A DNA stretch of 64,000 bases from Candidatus Marinacidobacterales bacterium (GTDB lineage Bacteria > Acidobacteriota > Vicinamibacteria > Marinacidobacterales > DATDRI01), in assembly GCA_965219415.1 (NCBI GenBank), contig OZ244742.1:1632001-1696000 (forward strand), read 5' to 3'. A program made the position numbers and the translations under genes. The notes below the pieces were generated by a model. It had not been told where the DNA came from. It saw nothing but the letters and a program-made list of their open reading frames with translations, and did no database searches. Shown here in pieces: positions 1-9,828 of the stretch. Position 1 is the first letter of the stretch. The number at the start of each line of letters is the position of its first letter.

Positions 1-1
1 C

Positions 2-1219
2 TCCCGCGGTATCCCCTCGACGCTGGCGTTGTTTGCAGGTGCCGTGCTCGGATTCCCTATCGCATCGGTCCTGGTCGCGCGACCGCTCAGGAATTTCGGC
101 AAATACACCATCACCGACTTTCTCGCCTTCCGCTATCCCCATCCCGTCGTCAGATATCTCGTCCCTTCCCTCATCGTAGCTAGCTTCACCGTCTACATCA
201 TCGCGCAAATGAAGGCCGCGGGGATTACTGCCAACGTCATGTTGGGAATTCCGTACGATGTTGCGCTCACCTTCGCGACCTTGGTTTTCATCCTCTATGT
301 TTCAGTGGGAGGCATGCTGGCCATCACCTGGACCGACGTGATCCAGGGTGTTCTCATGTTCACTGTCATCATCGGCTGCGCGCTGGTGTTGATTTGGCGC
401 GTCGGATCCCCACTGGGCTTGATGGCGCAAGCGACCACCGCAGCGCCCGAGCTCGGTCAAGTCTCGGGGCAGTCACTAGGGAGTTACCTCAGCTTTTTCG
501 TCATTTGGGCGGCGGCTATCCCGGTTATCCCCCACATCGTCATGCGCGTTTTCACCGCGAAGAATGCTGAAGGAGCGAGGCTTTCGCTCAATATCGCCAT
601 GCTGTTTTACAGCATCATGATCCTGGCAGCGGTGCTCGCCATCGTGCCGGTTGGAAAGATGTATTTCCCCGACCTCGCGGATGCGGACCAGGTTTTCCTG
701 ATGGTCATGGGACAAGAATTCCCTCCGATCTTTCGTGGCATCGCCGTCGCCGCGGTGCTGGCGGCGGTCATGTCCACGACCGATGCCCTGTTGCTCGCTT
801 GCAGCTCCGCGATCTCCCACGACCTGCTCGGCAAGTGGACCGACAAGCTCGGGCCGAAGGGGAGTGCCTGGGTCGGGATCGGATCGGCCTGGGCCATCGG
901 CCTCCTCGCTCTTTACTTTGCGTATTCGCCCCCCGAGCTCATCAGTGAGTTTTATACTTCGGCGGTCGGGATCTTGAGCGCCGGCCTCTTCGTACCGATG
1001 ATCGCCGGACTCTGGTGGAAGCGTGCCAACCTGCTGGGCGGCGTCGCCGCTTTGATGACGGGAAGCTTCCTCTATCTTTACTTGCAGCTTGCCACTTCAG
1101 TCCCCGCGATTCTGATCGCGTTGCCAGCCAGCGCCATCGCCATGTGGATCGGAGGCCGAGTCGGAGCCCCGGAAAAGTCCGAGATGCTGCAAGCGATTCA
1201 TCGCTTGCACCAGAATTGA
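2..1219 (+). CDS. Sodium:solute symporter (SSS/SLC5 family), 5'-truncated by window edge
   Basis: Multi-TM protein with SSS motifs YTITDFLAFRY, YVSVGGMLAITWTDVIQG, AAVMSTTDALLL; frame is open back to base 2. Confidence 0.9.
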   Translation, partial: SRGIPSTLALFAGAVLGFPIASVLVARPLRNFGKYTITDFLAFRYPHPVVRYLVPSLIVASFTVYIIAQMKAAGITANVMLGIPYDVALTFATLVFILYVSVGGMLAITWTDVIQGVLMFTVIIGCALVLIWRVGSPLGLMAQATTAAPELGQVSGQSLGSYLSFFVIWAAAIPVIPHIVMRVFTAKNAEGARLSLNIAMLFYSIMILAAVLAIVPVGKMYFPDLADADQVFLMVMGQEFPPIFRGIAVAAVLAAVMSTTDALLLACSSAISHDLLGKWTDKLGPKGSAWVGIGSAWAIGLLALYFAYSPPELISEFYTSAVGILSAGLFVPMIAGLWWKRANLLGGVAALMTGSFLYLYLQLATSVPAILIALPASAIAMWIGGRVGAPEKSEMLQAIHRLHQN

Positions 1220-1229
1220 TCGCAACACC

Positions 1230-2666
1230 GTGGAAGAGAGAATCAAGGAACTCGAGGCGACGTCCCGCGTCTTGGAACCGGGACCCGGGGCGAGGCGATC
1301 TCAGCTCGACGCGGTCGTTGCCTACTGCGATCGTTTTCTCGATCGGTTGCCGGAGCTACCCGCCTTCGAGCGGACCGAAGACAAGGGCATCGGGCTCTAC
1401 GACGCACCCGTCTCCGAAGACCCCGTCGCGATGGAAACGCTGTTGAATCTCCTCGATCACAACGTCGTTCGGCCCGGCTTGAACCCCGCTTCCGCAGGAC
1501 ACCTCGGCTACATCCCGGGCGGAGGAATCTATACGTCCGCGCTGGGCGACTACATCGCCGCAGTCACCAACCGTCATGCCGGGGTTTTCTTCCCCGGCCC
1601 GGGGGCGGTGCGCATGGAGAACTTGCTTCTCGATTGGATGGCCGAGCTCGTGGGATACCCGGCGAGCGCCGCGGGGAGCTTGAGCTCGGGGGGCAGTATC
1701 GCCAACCTGGGCGGGATCGTCACCGCACGGGACGCCCACGGCTTGATGGCCAGGGATTTCGAGCGCTCAGTGATCTACTTGACCGATCACGTCCACCACT
1801 CGGTGGATAAGGCGATCCGCATCGCCGGCGTCGGTGAGTCGGTTCGGACGATCGTACCTGTGGACGAACGTCGCCGAATGGACTCCGAGGCCCTCGAGAA
1901 GGCGATTCAGAAAGACAAGGCCGCCGGACGGAACCCCTGGCTCGTCATCGCCTCCGCGGGTACTGCCGACACCGGCGCGGTGGATCCGCTCGGAGACATA
2001 GGCGAGATCGCCAACCGGCATTCTCTCTGGTTCCACATCGACGGCGCCTACGGAGCGTTTTTCGCCTTGTGTGAGGAGGGAAAGAAGATCCTTCTGGGTA
2101 TGGATCGCTCCCACTCGCTGGTGATGGATCCACATAAGGGGCTCTTCCTGCCGTACGGATCGGGAGCGGTGCTGGTGAAGGAAGGAAAACACCTCTCCAA
2201 TGCTCACTACTACCACGCCCACTACATGCAAGATGCCGCCAAGAGCAGGGACGAGCTTGCACCCGCCGATCTCTCCCCCGAGCTCAGCCGGCATTTTCGC
2301 GGCCTCAGACTTTGGTTGCCGCTGAAGCTTTTCGGAGTACGACCCTTCCGGGCCGCTCTCGAGGAGAAGTTGCTTTTGGCTCGCTACTTCCACGAAAAAA
2401 TTCAATCCGTGGACGGGTTCGAGGTCGGTCCTTACCCAGACCTCTCAGTGGTCACGTTCCGGTACCTTCCGCAGCAGGGCGATCCCGACGCCTTCAACCA
2501 ACGGCTCACCGACGAAATTCAAAAAGACGGCAGGGTCTTTCTCTCCACGACCCAGTTGGATGGGCGCTTCGTTTTGCGGCTCGCGGTCTTGTCCTTTCGC
2601 ACTCACTTGGACACCATTGACCTCGCCCTCGAGATCCTGAAGGAGAATATCAAAGCGATCGGCTAA
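1230..2666 (+). CDS. PLP-dependent group II decarboxylase (aromatic-L-amino-acid decarboxylase-like)
   Basis: SGGSIANL, HHSVDKA, AGTADTGAVDPL, HIDGAYG, DPHK (PLP lysine), ELSRHFRGLRLW motifs. Confidence 0.9.
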   Translation: MEERIKELEATSRVLEPGPGARRSQLDAVVAYCDRFLDRLPELPAFERTEDKGIGLYDAPVSEDPVAMETLLNLLDHNVVRPGLNPASAGHLGYIPGGGIYTSALGDYIAAVTNRHAGVFFPGPGAVRMENLLLDWMAELVGYPASAAGSLSSGGSIANLGGIVTARDAHGLMARDFERSVIYLTDHVHHSVDKAIRIAGVGESVRTIVPVDERRRMDSEALEKAIQKDKAAGRNPWLVIASAGTADTGAVDPLGDIGEIANRHSLWFHIDGAYGAFFALCEEGKKILLGMDRSHSLVMDPHKGLFLPYGSGAVLVKEGKHLSNAHYYHAHYMQDAAKSRDELAPADLSPELSRHFRGLRLWLPLKLFGVRPFRAALEEKLLLARYFHEKIQSVDGFEVGPYPDLSVVTFRYLPQQGDPDAFNQRLTDEIQKDGRVFLSTTQLDGRFVLRLAVLSFRTHLDTIDLALEILKENIKAIG

Positions 2667-2743
2667 AGCCGACCAAACGAAAGAGCCAAACGCAAAGACA
2701 AGCTCTGGACCAGGGCCTTGCTTCTCACCCAGACGAGTCAACT

Positions 2744-3166
2744 TTGAGCCCGCAGCGCAAGGCTGCCCTTCGACGCCGATGGGCCCATCTCATCCGACGG
2801 GTGTTTGAAGTCGACCCGCTCAGCCCATTCGTTAGCCCCCAAGGCCGGGACAACTCCGCGTCGTGGCCTTCATCACCGAGCCACGAGTCATCCGAAAGAT
2901 CCTCGACCCTCTCAAAAAGCCTAACCGCAATAACCGGGCCCCGCCTCAGCAACAACCCGTCTCCCTCATGGCCTAGGCCCCACCCAACATCTGCCAATTC
3001 GACGCCCGTCGTGTATCTCCTCGAGGAACAGGCTTCGCTACCAGCACATATACCCTTTCCCCATTACCTCGAATGTGCTATTTTCCGGACCTACCGACAG
3101 CCGAGGCGGTCTCACCAACATGAACTCACTCGTTTTTGCTCACGCGGCCACGGTCAAATTTCCTAT
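2744..3166 (+). mobile_element. IS91/ISCR-family (rolling-circle) transposase C-terminal remnant with oriIS-like end
   Basis: RRRWAHLIRRVFEVDPL followed in a shifted frame by LRVVAFITEPRVIRKILD...RAPP* (stop ~2975); CGGTCAAATTTCCTAT at 3151-3166 resembles the ISCR oriIS terminus. Confidence 0.75.
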
Positions 3167-3171
3167 GTTTT

Positions 3172-4233
3172 TCAGTCGCCCGCGCGGTTTTTCTCTAGAC
3201 GCTCGTCCACGAGAGTAACGATCTCGTTCACCGTCTCCGACTGCAAGTCTTGTTGTTTTGCGATCTGGCGCACCAGGCAGTCGACGCGCTCGATGTCCTT
3301 GGCGCCGCCGAAAAGCGCACGTGCCGCGGACGACGGTTTCGCTAGCCCTTCCGCCGCTTTCGCGTATTTCTCGAAGGGAACCAGGTCGGCATCCGCAGCT
3401 CCGAGCTTCGTACACAGTTTCGCGGCCCACGCGTAGATGTCCCGAGACATCTCGAGATCGGCGTGCACCGCGTCCTTGATCGGAATCATTTCGTCACGCC
3501 GGATGCAGCGGTAGTTGCCGGTGACGAGCATCGGCCACTTGGCGAGTGGCACGAAGAGCGAATCGTGCACCTTGAGCTTTACCGGAATCTCGATGGCGCC
3601 ATCGCCGGGATCGAACCGGATGGCGTCGATGTCGGACTCCAACTCGCGAAGAATGTTCGTGTGCTCTTCGGCTTCGAAGCGCGCCGCCTTGAAGTTCGTC
3701 GGCAAACCGACTTGAAGAACGTTCTTCGGCTCGGCGGGCGGCCGAGATGCTTGGGGATCGGGACTCGCGAGGGTGACGAGCGCAGGTTCAAAGCCTTCCC
3801 AAACGCCGGGGTCCGCAAAACACTGCCTCAACGGCTCCGTCGAAAGTCCGGGAATGCGCTCGAGGTAGGCAAGTGGCGGCATGTTCATGATCGCGAGGCA
3901 CGGTACCCGTGCCGTAGCGATGCGTTCCATTAGCTCGCGCACGCCGTCGGAGCCGTACTGAGCTTCCTGCATGCCGAACACGACCAAGTTGAAATCACCG
4001 GGCTCGACACCCTCTGGTGTGTTTGCGGAAAGCTGACCGTCGAGACCCTTCGACGTGATCTCGACCGGCGTCTCTCGGCCGCGGATGGGGAAGCGGACGA
4101 TGGTTCCGTCGCGGTTGATCAGCTCGGCGGTGAGCTTCGTACAGATCAACGTTGCGGAGTGTCCGGCGAGCAACAACTTTGTGCTGAATAGTGAACCGTA
4201 AGAGGCACCGAGAATCAGCACGTTGTATTTCAC
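3172..4233 (-). CDS. Ketopantoate-reductase-like NAD(P)-dependent oxidoreductase, coupled to frc
   Basis: N-terminal Rossmann-like VLILGASYGS; ApbA-like layout and SSAARAL..G.KDIERVD C-terminus; GTG start 4 bp after the frc stop. Confidence 0.6.
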   Translation of the reverse strand: MKYNVLILGASYGSLFSTKLLLAGHSATLICTKLTAELINRDGTIVRFPIRGRETPVEITSKGLDGQLSANTPEGVEPGDFNLVVFGMQEAQYGSDGVRELMERIATARVPCLAIMNMPPLAYLERIPGLSTEPLRQCFADPGVWEGFEPALVTLASPDPQASRPPAEPKNVLQVGLPTNFKAARFEAEEHTNILRELESDIDAIRFDPGDGAIEIPVKLKVHDSLFVPLAKWPMLVTGNYRCIRRDEMIPIKDAVHADLEMSRDIYAWAAKLCTKLGAADADLVPFEKYAKAAEGLAKPSSAARALFGGAKDIERVDCLVRQIAKQQDLQSETVNEIVTLVDERLEKNRAGD

Positions 4234-4237
4234 CGTG

Positions 4238-5485
4238 TCAGATCGCTCCCTGCTCGCGTGCCGCCTCGATTTCCTTGTCATCGAGACCGGCGACGGTTTT
4301 GAGGATCTCTTCGGTATGCTCGCCGAGAAGCGGTGCGCGCCGGACGTCGGCGGGCGACTCAGACAGCTTGATCGGGTTCCCGACCGTCAGATACTTGCCG
4401 CGTTCGGGGTGATCGACCTCGACCACGGTACCAGTCTTCCGAAGAGTTTCTTGTTCGGCGATCTCTTTCATGGACAGAATTGGACCGCACGGCACGTTCA
4501 ACGGGTTGAGGATGTCCATGACCTCCATCTTGCTTTTGGTCAAGGTCCACTTCTCGATCTCATCAAACATCTTGTCCAGCTTGGGAAGGCGTGCCTTGGG
4601 CGTGTTCCATTCGGGGTCTTCCAGCCAATCTTCATGACCGATGGCCTTGGCCAGCCCGGCGAACGCGGCCAACTGGGTGATGACGTATATGTAGGCATCG
4701 GGATCGGTCTCCCATCCTTTGCATTTGACGATCCAGCCCGGCTGGCCACCACCGGATGCGTTACCGGAGCGCGGCACCGCATCGCCGAACTTTCCGTTGG
4801 GATACTGCGGGTACTCAGTGAGTGGGCCGTGGGCGAGTCGCTGCTGGTCGCGGAGTTTCACTCGACAAAGATTGAGCACGGCATCTTGCATGGCACATTC
4901 CACGCGCTGACCCTTGCCGCTTTTCTCGCGGTGCAGTAGCGCGGCAAGGATGCCCGCCACGAGGTGGATCCCAGTACCGGAATCGCCGATCTGGGCGCCG
5001 GTCACCATGGGAACCCGATCGATCTCGCCGGTGGTCGACGCTGCTCCGCCGGTGCATTGGGCGATGTTCTCGTAAACCTTGCAATCCTCGAACGGACCGG
5101 CGCCGAATCCCTTCACCGAGGCGTAGATCATGCGCGGGTTCAGCTCCTGAATTTTCTCCCACGGAAATCCCATGCGATCGATCGCGCCGGGCGCGAAGTT
5201 CTCGACCATGACGTCACATTCCTGGATCAGCTTGGCGAAGATTTTGTTGCCGGCTTCGGTTTTGGGATTCAAGGTGATGCTGCGCTTGTTGGCGTTTAGC
5301 ATCGTGAAATACAGGCTGTCCACTTCCGGAATGTCGCGTAATTGGCCTCGTGTGGGATCGCCGGATCCGGGGCGTTCGACCTTGATGACGTCGGCGCCGA
5401 ACCACGCCAGGATCTGGGTGCACGTCGGTCCGGACTGAACGTGAGTCATATCCAGGATCCGAGTACCTTCGAGAGCTTTTCCCAT
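4238..5485 (-). CDS. frc: Formyl-CoA:oxalate CoA-transferase (family III CoA transferase)
   Basis: [56 protein letters not shown], catalytic Asp in [14 protein letters not shown] loop; ATG at 5485 with AGAGGAGA RBS; 415 aa. Confidence 0.95.
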   Translation of the reverse strand: MGKALEGTRILDMTHVQSGPTCTQILAWFGADVIKVERPGSGDPTRGQLRDIPEVDSLYFTMLNANKRSITLNPKTEAGNKIFAKLIQECDVMVENFAPGAIDRMGFPWEKIQELNPRMIYASVKGFGAGPFEDCKVYENIAQCTGGAASTTGEIDRVPMVTGAQIGDSGTGIHLVAGILAALLHREKSGKGQRVECAMQDAVLNLCRVKLRDQQRLAHGPLTEYPQYPNGKFGDAVPRSGNASGGGQPGWIVKCKGWETDPDAYIYVITQLAAFAGLAKAIGHEDWLEDPEWNTPKARLPKLDKMFDEIEKWTLTKSKMEVMDILNPLNVPCGPILSMKEIAEQETLRKTGTVVEVDHPERGKYLTVGNPIKLSESPADVRRAPLLGEHTEEILKTVAGLDDKEIEAAREQGAI

Positions 5486-5814
5486 AGTTCTCCTCTTTTT
5501 CAATTGGTGTCGGAACGCCTGGTGGAGTTTCGACTTCGAGGCGATCAGCCACGATATTATCAAGCTTGCCGTCCGGGCGAAAATGGGCACCTGGGACGCG
5601 GGGCTCATTTCGTTCTCGCCTTCGGCCAGCCGGTTGGAGCCCGACGGCGAGAGAATCATGCTCGCGAGCTGGAGCGGTGCTTGGTGAAAGAAGGAGAAGG
5701 TCAAAGGAATCGGCAAGTGCCGTTCCAACGACACTCGCCTAGCGCGATGGTAGCCTAGTGGCAACGCCAAGAACGATGTGTATCACGCTCTAGGCGAATC
5801 AAGTTGGAACGGCA

Positions 5815-6590
5815 CTAGGTCTGCAGTTTCGATCGAAGAGCCTTAGCGGTTACCGGATCCAAGCGGAGCTCTCGTTTCAGAAGAATGGAGCGCCGAAGCT
5901 GCCTTCCCATGAGTCCCTCATCCCGGTGCGGGTGACCGGGGAGCGACAGCGTGAACGATCTCGTGGGCCAACACACGACCCAAAGCGCGGGCGACTTGGC
6001 GCCACCTCCCCACGTTGCGTCGGAATGAAGACCTAGAGTTCGAAGAACATTCGGGAGAAAAACAAAGACGGTGTGAGTCCGTCCAGGTGTCTCCTGATTC
6101 CTCACCGCAGCCCCCATCACTTGTTCCTCATGTCCCCAATCGCTGGAGTCCACACGCAGAAGCACGAGACGGATCGCCATCGAGCCCGGGGGCTCGTTCT
6201 CACGCCACAGCCCATGGCTGCCGTCGTGCCAGCAGACCTCTACTCCACACGCAGAAGCACGAGACGGATCGCCATCGAGCCCGGGGGCTCGTTCTCACGC
6301 CACAGCCCATGGCTGCCGTCGTGCCAGCAGACCTCTACTCCGATCTCCGAGAAGATGCGTTCTACTTCGCGGGACATGGCGCCGAGAGAATGTGAGGCCA
6401 AGCGATAGCCGTCGTACCACAGGAGCGTAAGCCGGGGACGATGGTCGCCCTCGAAGAGGCTCTTGATGCCGGCTTCGCTCCCGTCCGAGCTTGGAGCGGT
6501 CAGAAAAGTGACGAGCAGGAAGATGAAAATGAAGGAGCGCTTGCCCCGGACCGCTCTCAAGGTTCGTAGATAGACCTCCCAAGTTTTCAT
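5815..6590 (-). pseudogene. Exported HExxH putative zinc metallopeptidase, disrupted by 95-bp duplication and frameshifts
   Basis: Signal-like N-terminus; an alternative frame at ~5945-6010 reads ARALGRVLAHEIVHAVA, rejoining PGHPHRDEGLM. Confidence 0.6.
6149..6341. repeat. Perfect 95-bp tandem duplication
   Basis: 6149-6243 is repeated at 6244-6338 (TCCACACGCAGAAGCACGAG...GACCTCTAC), followed by a further TCC. Confidence 0.95.
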
Positions 6591-6796
6591 TCTTTCCTCC
6601 GAGGCTTTCAGTTGTCGACGCAACGAACCAATCGCTCGCCAGTGTTTGATCTATGAGACGTATTCGTCCTTCGATTGGTTCTACATTTTTCTTAGAGTGC
6701 CGACGATTTGTGTAGGTCGTTGGCGAAAATCAATTTCTTGAAATGAAATCCAATATTTGGTTCATCGTGCGAGAAACTTCGGAGATAGAATAAGGA

Positions 6797-7903
6797 ATGC
6801 GCTGGAAGGAAATGTCTCGAGCCAGGCTTATCGCCTGGTCGGTCGCCTTGACCTCGGGGCCGACGACGCTTCTCGTGATGGCGATCGCTTTTCGATATCC
6901 AGCACACACCGAGCGCATCTACGGCAGGTGGCTCTACCCTCGAATCGCCAGTGTGCTGGGGACACTGAATGGAGCGTTCCCGTTCTCACTCGCTCAGTTA
7001 GTGGCTTTTTTCCTACTAGTCGGAGGAATACTCTATTTTGTCTTGCGCAGACGCCGTAGCGGTTCGTGGCTCGCCGCAGCCGGGCGTGCGTTCCTAGTCG
7101 TTTGGGCACTAGCCGGGATCCTCGCTTTCTTGTTCGTAACCTCATGGGGACTAAACTATGCGCGACCGGCATTGGAAGAACGCCTGGAGCTTTCAACCCG
7201 GGACATCGAGCTCGAGGAAGTACTGGACGCCGGCAAACGATGTGCATCGCTTGCCACGGAGCTCCACACGTCACTCGAGCAACCGATTGACGAGCCCACC
7301 GTTTCACCCCTGAGTTTCACTCGCCTGAACGAGCTCATCGACCGAAGACTCCGGGACCTTCGGCTACCCGGCGACCGCATCACCGCTCCCACTTCCCCCG
7401 CGAAGAAGCTGTGGGGCTCGAGCGCCATGGCCTACCTCGGGCTCAGCGGGATATTCGTTGCCTTCACCGGGGAGCCATCGGTCAACTCGATGGTGCTAGA
7501 CGCATCGCTGCCCATCGTCGTTGCTCATGAAAAAGCCCATCAACGCGGCATTACCAACGAAGGGGAAGCCAACCTGGTAGCTTTCATGGCGTGCTCGGGG
7601 GAATCCGAGTCGACGTACGTTTCGTACTCGGCCTATCTGTACGCGACCGGACAACTCCTCGGGGCCGCATCGCAGCAATCGCGGGAAGAGGCAGAGTCGG
7701 CCTGGGCCACACTCGGGTCTGGTCCACGCCGAGATCTCGTCGCGATCCAGGAGTTCTGGAGCCGCTATCATGGGCCCGCTGCTGAAGCCGCGAACAAAGT
7801 CAACGATGCCTATCTTCGTTCTCTCCGCGTGCCCGGTGGCGTTCACAGCTATCGGAGAGTGGTTCAACTGTTGATCGCTCTGGACCGCAGAGGAAAGCTT
7901 TAG
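6797..7903 (+). CDS. DUF3810-family membrane-anchored putative zinc peptidase
   Basis: N-terminal TMs, WGLNYAR, GIFVAFTGEPSVN, HEKAHQRG..EGEAN, final G..SY..VV.LL motif. Confidence 0.85.
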   Translation: MRWKEMSRARLIAWSVALTSGPTTLLVMAIAFRYPAHTERIYGRWLYPRIASVLGTLNGAFPFSLAQLVAFFLLVGGILYFVLRRRRSGSWLAAAGRAFLVVWALAGILAFLFVTSWGLNYARPALEERLELSTRDIELEEVLDAGKRCASLATELHTSLEQPIDEPTVSPLSFTRLNELIDRRLRDLRLPGDRITAPTSPAKKLWGSSAMAYLGLSGIFVAFTGEPSVNSMVLDASLPIVVAHEKAHQRGITNEGEANLVAFMACSGESESTYVSYSAYLYATGQLLGAASQQSREEAESAWATLGSGPRRDLVAIQEFWSRYHGPAAEAANKVNDAYLRSLRVPGGVHSYRRVVQLLIALDRRGKL

Positions 7904-7917
7904 GGGGCATCCCCGCT

Positions 7918-9159
7918 ATGTCCAAGGTCGTCGTGATCGGCACGGGTGTCATTGGACTCTCCTGCGCCTACGAGCTCGTGCGCAAGGGAGCGGAAGTCAC
8001 CGTCTTGGACAAAGGGCGGCTCGGTGAAGGCGCGGCTTGGGGAAGCGCCGGCTGGGTCACCCAGATGCTCTCCGCTCCCCTTCCCGCGCTCGGGCTGGTG
8101 GCAGCGTCCCTCAAGTGGATGACGAAAAAGGACAGTCCCCTCTACATCAAGCCATGGGCAAACTCAGCACTCCCGAAATGGCTATGGGATTTTTGGCGAC
8201 ACTGCAACCGGCGTGATCACGAGAGAGGCCTCGGGGCGATGGCCGCCTTGACGCAGCACACGATGACCTTGTATGACGCGCTTGCGAAAGACGGGATCGA
8301 ATTCGAGATGGAAAAAGCCGGAATGCTCTTCGCTTTCACGAGCGAAGAGGGACTGCAGCACACTCACGACGAACTTCGCGCGATGGAGAAATACGGCTAC
8401 TCGGCACCGCCGGTGCTCGACGGTGATTCCGTTCGCGATGCGGAGCCCGCCCTTGCCAAAGCGGTCGTGGGCGGTATGTTGGTCGAGTCTGAGCGCCACG
8501 TGCGTCCGGAGCTCCTAACTACCGGTCTCTCCCGCCGACTTGCGGAATCCACTGCAGAACTGAAGGCGAGTACCAAAGTCACCGGCGTCAAGCGGCAAGG
8601 GTCGAGGATGACCGCCGTCGTGACAACCGCGGGCGAGGTGACGGGCGATGGTTTTCCCATTGCAGGTGGTGCCTGGTCCGCCTCGCTCGCCCGGATGGCG
8701 GGCTTCCGATTACCCGTCCAGTGCGGAAAAGGCTATAGCGTGACGATCGCCGAGCCCTCGGTAAGGTTGCGACGGCCGCTCTATCTCGGCGAGGCGAAAT
8801 TGGGCGTCACACCCTTTCGGAACGCCCTCCGCATCGCCGGGACGATGGAGCTTGCCGGGATTAGCGAAGCGTTGGACCCTCGACGCCTCGCCGCCATTCG
8901 CGCATCGGCGGATCAATTTATCGTCGGTTGGCGCCAGGGTAAGAGCGAAGAGGAATGGGCGGGCATGAGAGCAGTGACGCCGGACGGCCTCCCCACCATC
9001 GGGCGAGCCCCCGGATACGACAACCTTTATGTCGCAACCGGTCACGCCATGCTCGGCGTCACGCTAGCACCCGCCACCGGTGTTGCGATAGCAGAGCTCA
9101 TGCACTCCGGTAAGTCGGAAGTCGACTTGCGGCCCTTCGATCCGAACCGATTCTCTTAG
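7918..9159 (+). CDS. FAD-dependent D-amino acid dehydrogenase (DadA/DAO family)
   Basis: GTGVIG FAD motif, GKGYS, WAGMRAVTPDGLPTIG, TGHAMLGVTLAPATG. Confidence 0.88.
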   Translation: MSKVVVIGTGVIGLSCAYELVRKGAEVTVLDKGRLGEGAAWGSAGWVTQMLSAPLPALGLVAASLKWMTKKDSPLYIKPWANSALPKWLWDFWRHCNRRDHERGLGAMAALTQHTMTLYDALAKDGIEFEMEKAGMLFAFTSEEGLQHTHDELRAMEKYGYSAPPVLDGDSVRDAEPALAKAVVGGMLVESERHVRPELLTTGLSRRLAESTAELKASTKVTGVKRQGSRMTAVVTTAGEVTGDGFPIAGGAWSASLARMAGFRLPVQCGKGYSVTIAEPSVRLRRPLYLGEAKLGVTPFRNALRIAGTMELAGISEALDPRRLAAIRASADQFIVGWRQGKSEEEWAGMRAVTPDGLPTIGRAPGYDNLYVATGHAMLGVTLAPATGVAIAELMHSGKSEVDLRPFDPNRFS

Positions 9160-9806
9160 CGAGAGGATTTCAAGAGTCGGGCCACCCCAACCGTGAGCAG
9201 AGGTAGCGCGTAGAGAAGAAGGAACGCGTAGGCCATCGCCCCGTATCCCTTGGCTACCAACGTAATGATGCCTATCCGAGAGAGCACCGCCGCCGACAAG
9301 AGCAGTCCAACCGTCACCACTACAATCTGTCTCGGCGTAAGTGCCTTTCTGCCAGTCTCCTCGAGGCTGACCGAGACCCGGTCTGTCACCGCATGGATGA
9401 GCCCGGTACTCGTCTCGATCCAGAGTCCATAACACGACCAAAGCGTAGACGGTGATGACGCCGGTCCCGGAAACCTGCTTCAACATCACGAGCCAGGGCA
9501 CCGGAGCCCCTAAGACCTGTTCTTCTGGATAGAACCCCATCACCGCGAAGTAAGTGAGTGCGAACGGGACTTCACGAACGTTCGATAGTCGTAGGCGCGA
9601 TTGAGCCGGGCGAACTCGTAGGTCAGGCTCACGAAGATCGTAAAGCCGGCGAAGATCGCAGCCACACTCCAAATACCGAGCGAGCCGAACTTCGCTCCGT
9701 ACTCCAAGATCTCTCGGCCCGTCGCATAGGCGCCGCCGATCAGAACAGATTGAAAGATGATTCCAGGAAGGATGTATTGCTCGAAACGGGTCTTGAGGGA
9801 ACTCAC
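9156..9806 (-). pseudogene. YkvI-like membrane transporter, frameshifted and apparently internally deleted
   Basis: FQSVLIGGAYATGRE N-terminal motif and GIITLVAKGYG C-terminal motif lie in different frames and only ~650 bp apart. Confidence 0.65.
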
Positions 9807-9828
9807 CGGCCCGGTCCGTTACTAGGCT

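Noticed and set aside
5486-5770. N-terminal extension of frc in the ORF track (likewise acs 16236-16409)
   Set aside because: Family similarity and RBS-like sequences begin at the downstream ATGs (5485 and 16235).
6149-6341. Possible CRISPR or repeat array
   Set aside because: Only two contiguous 95-bp copies, no spacers and no cas genes.
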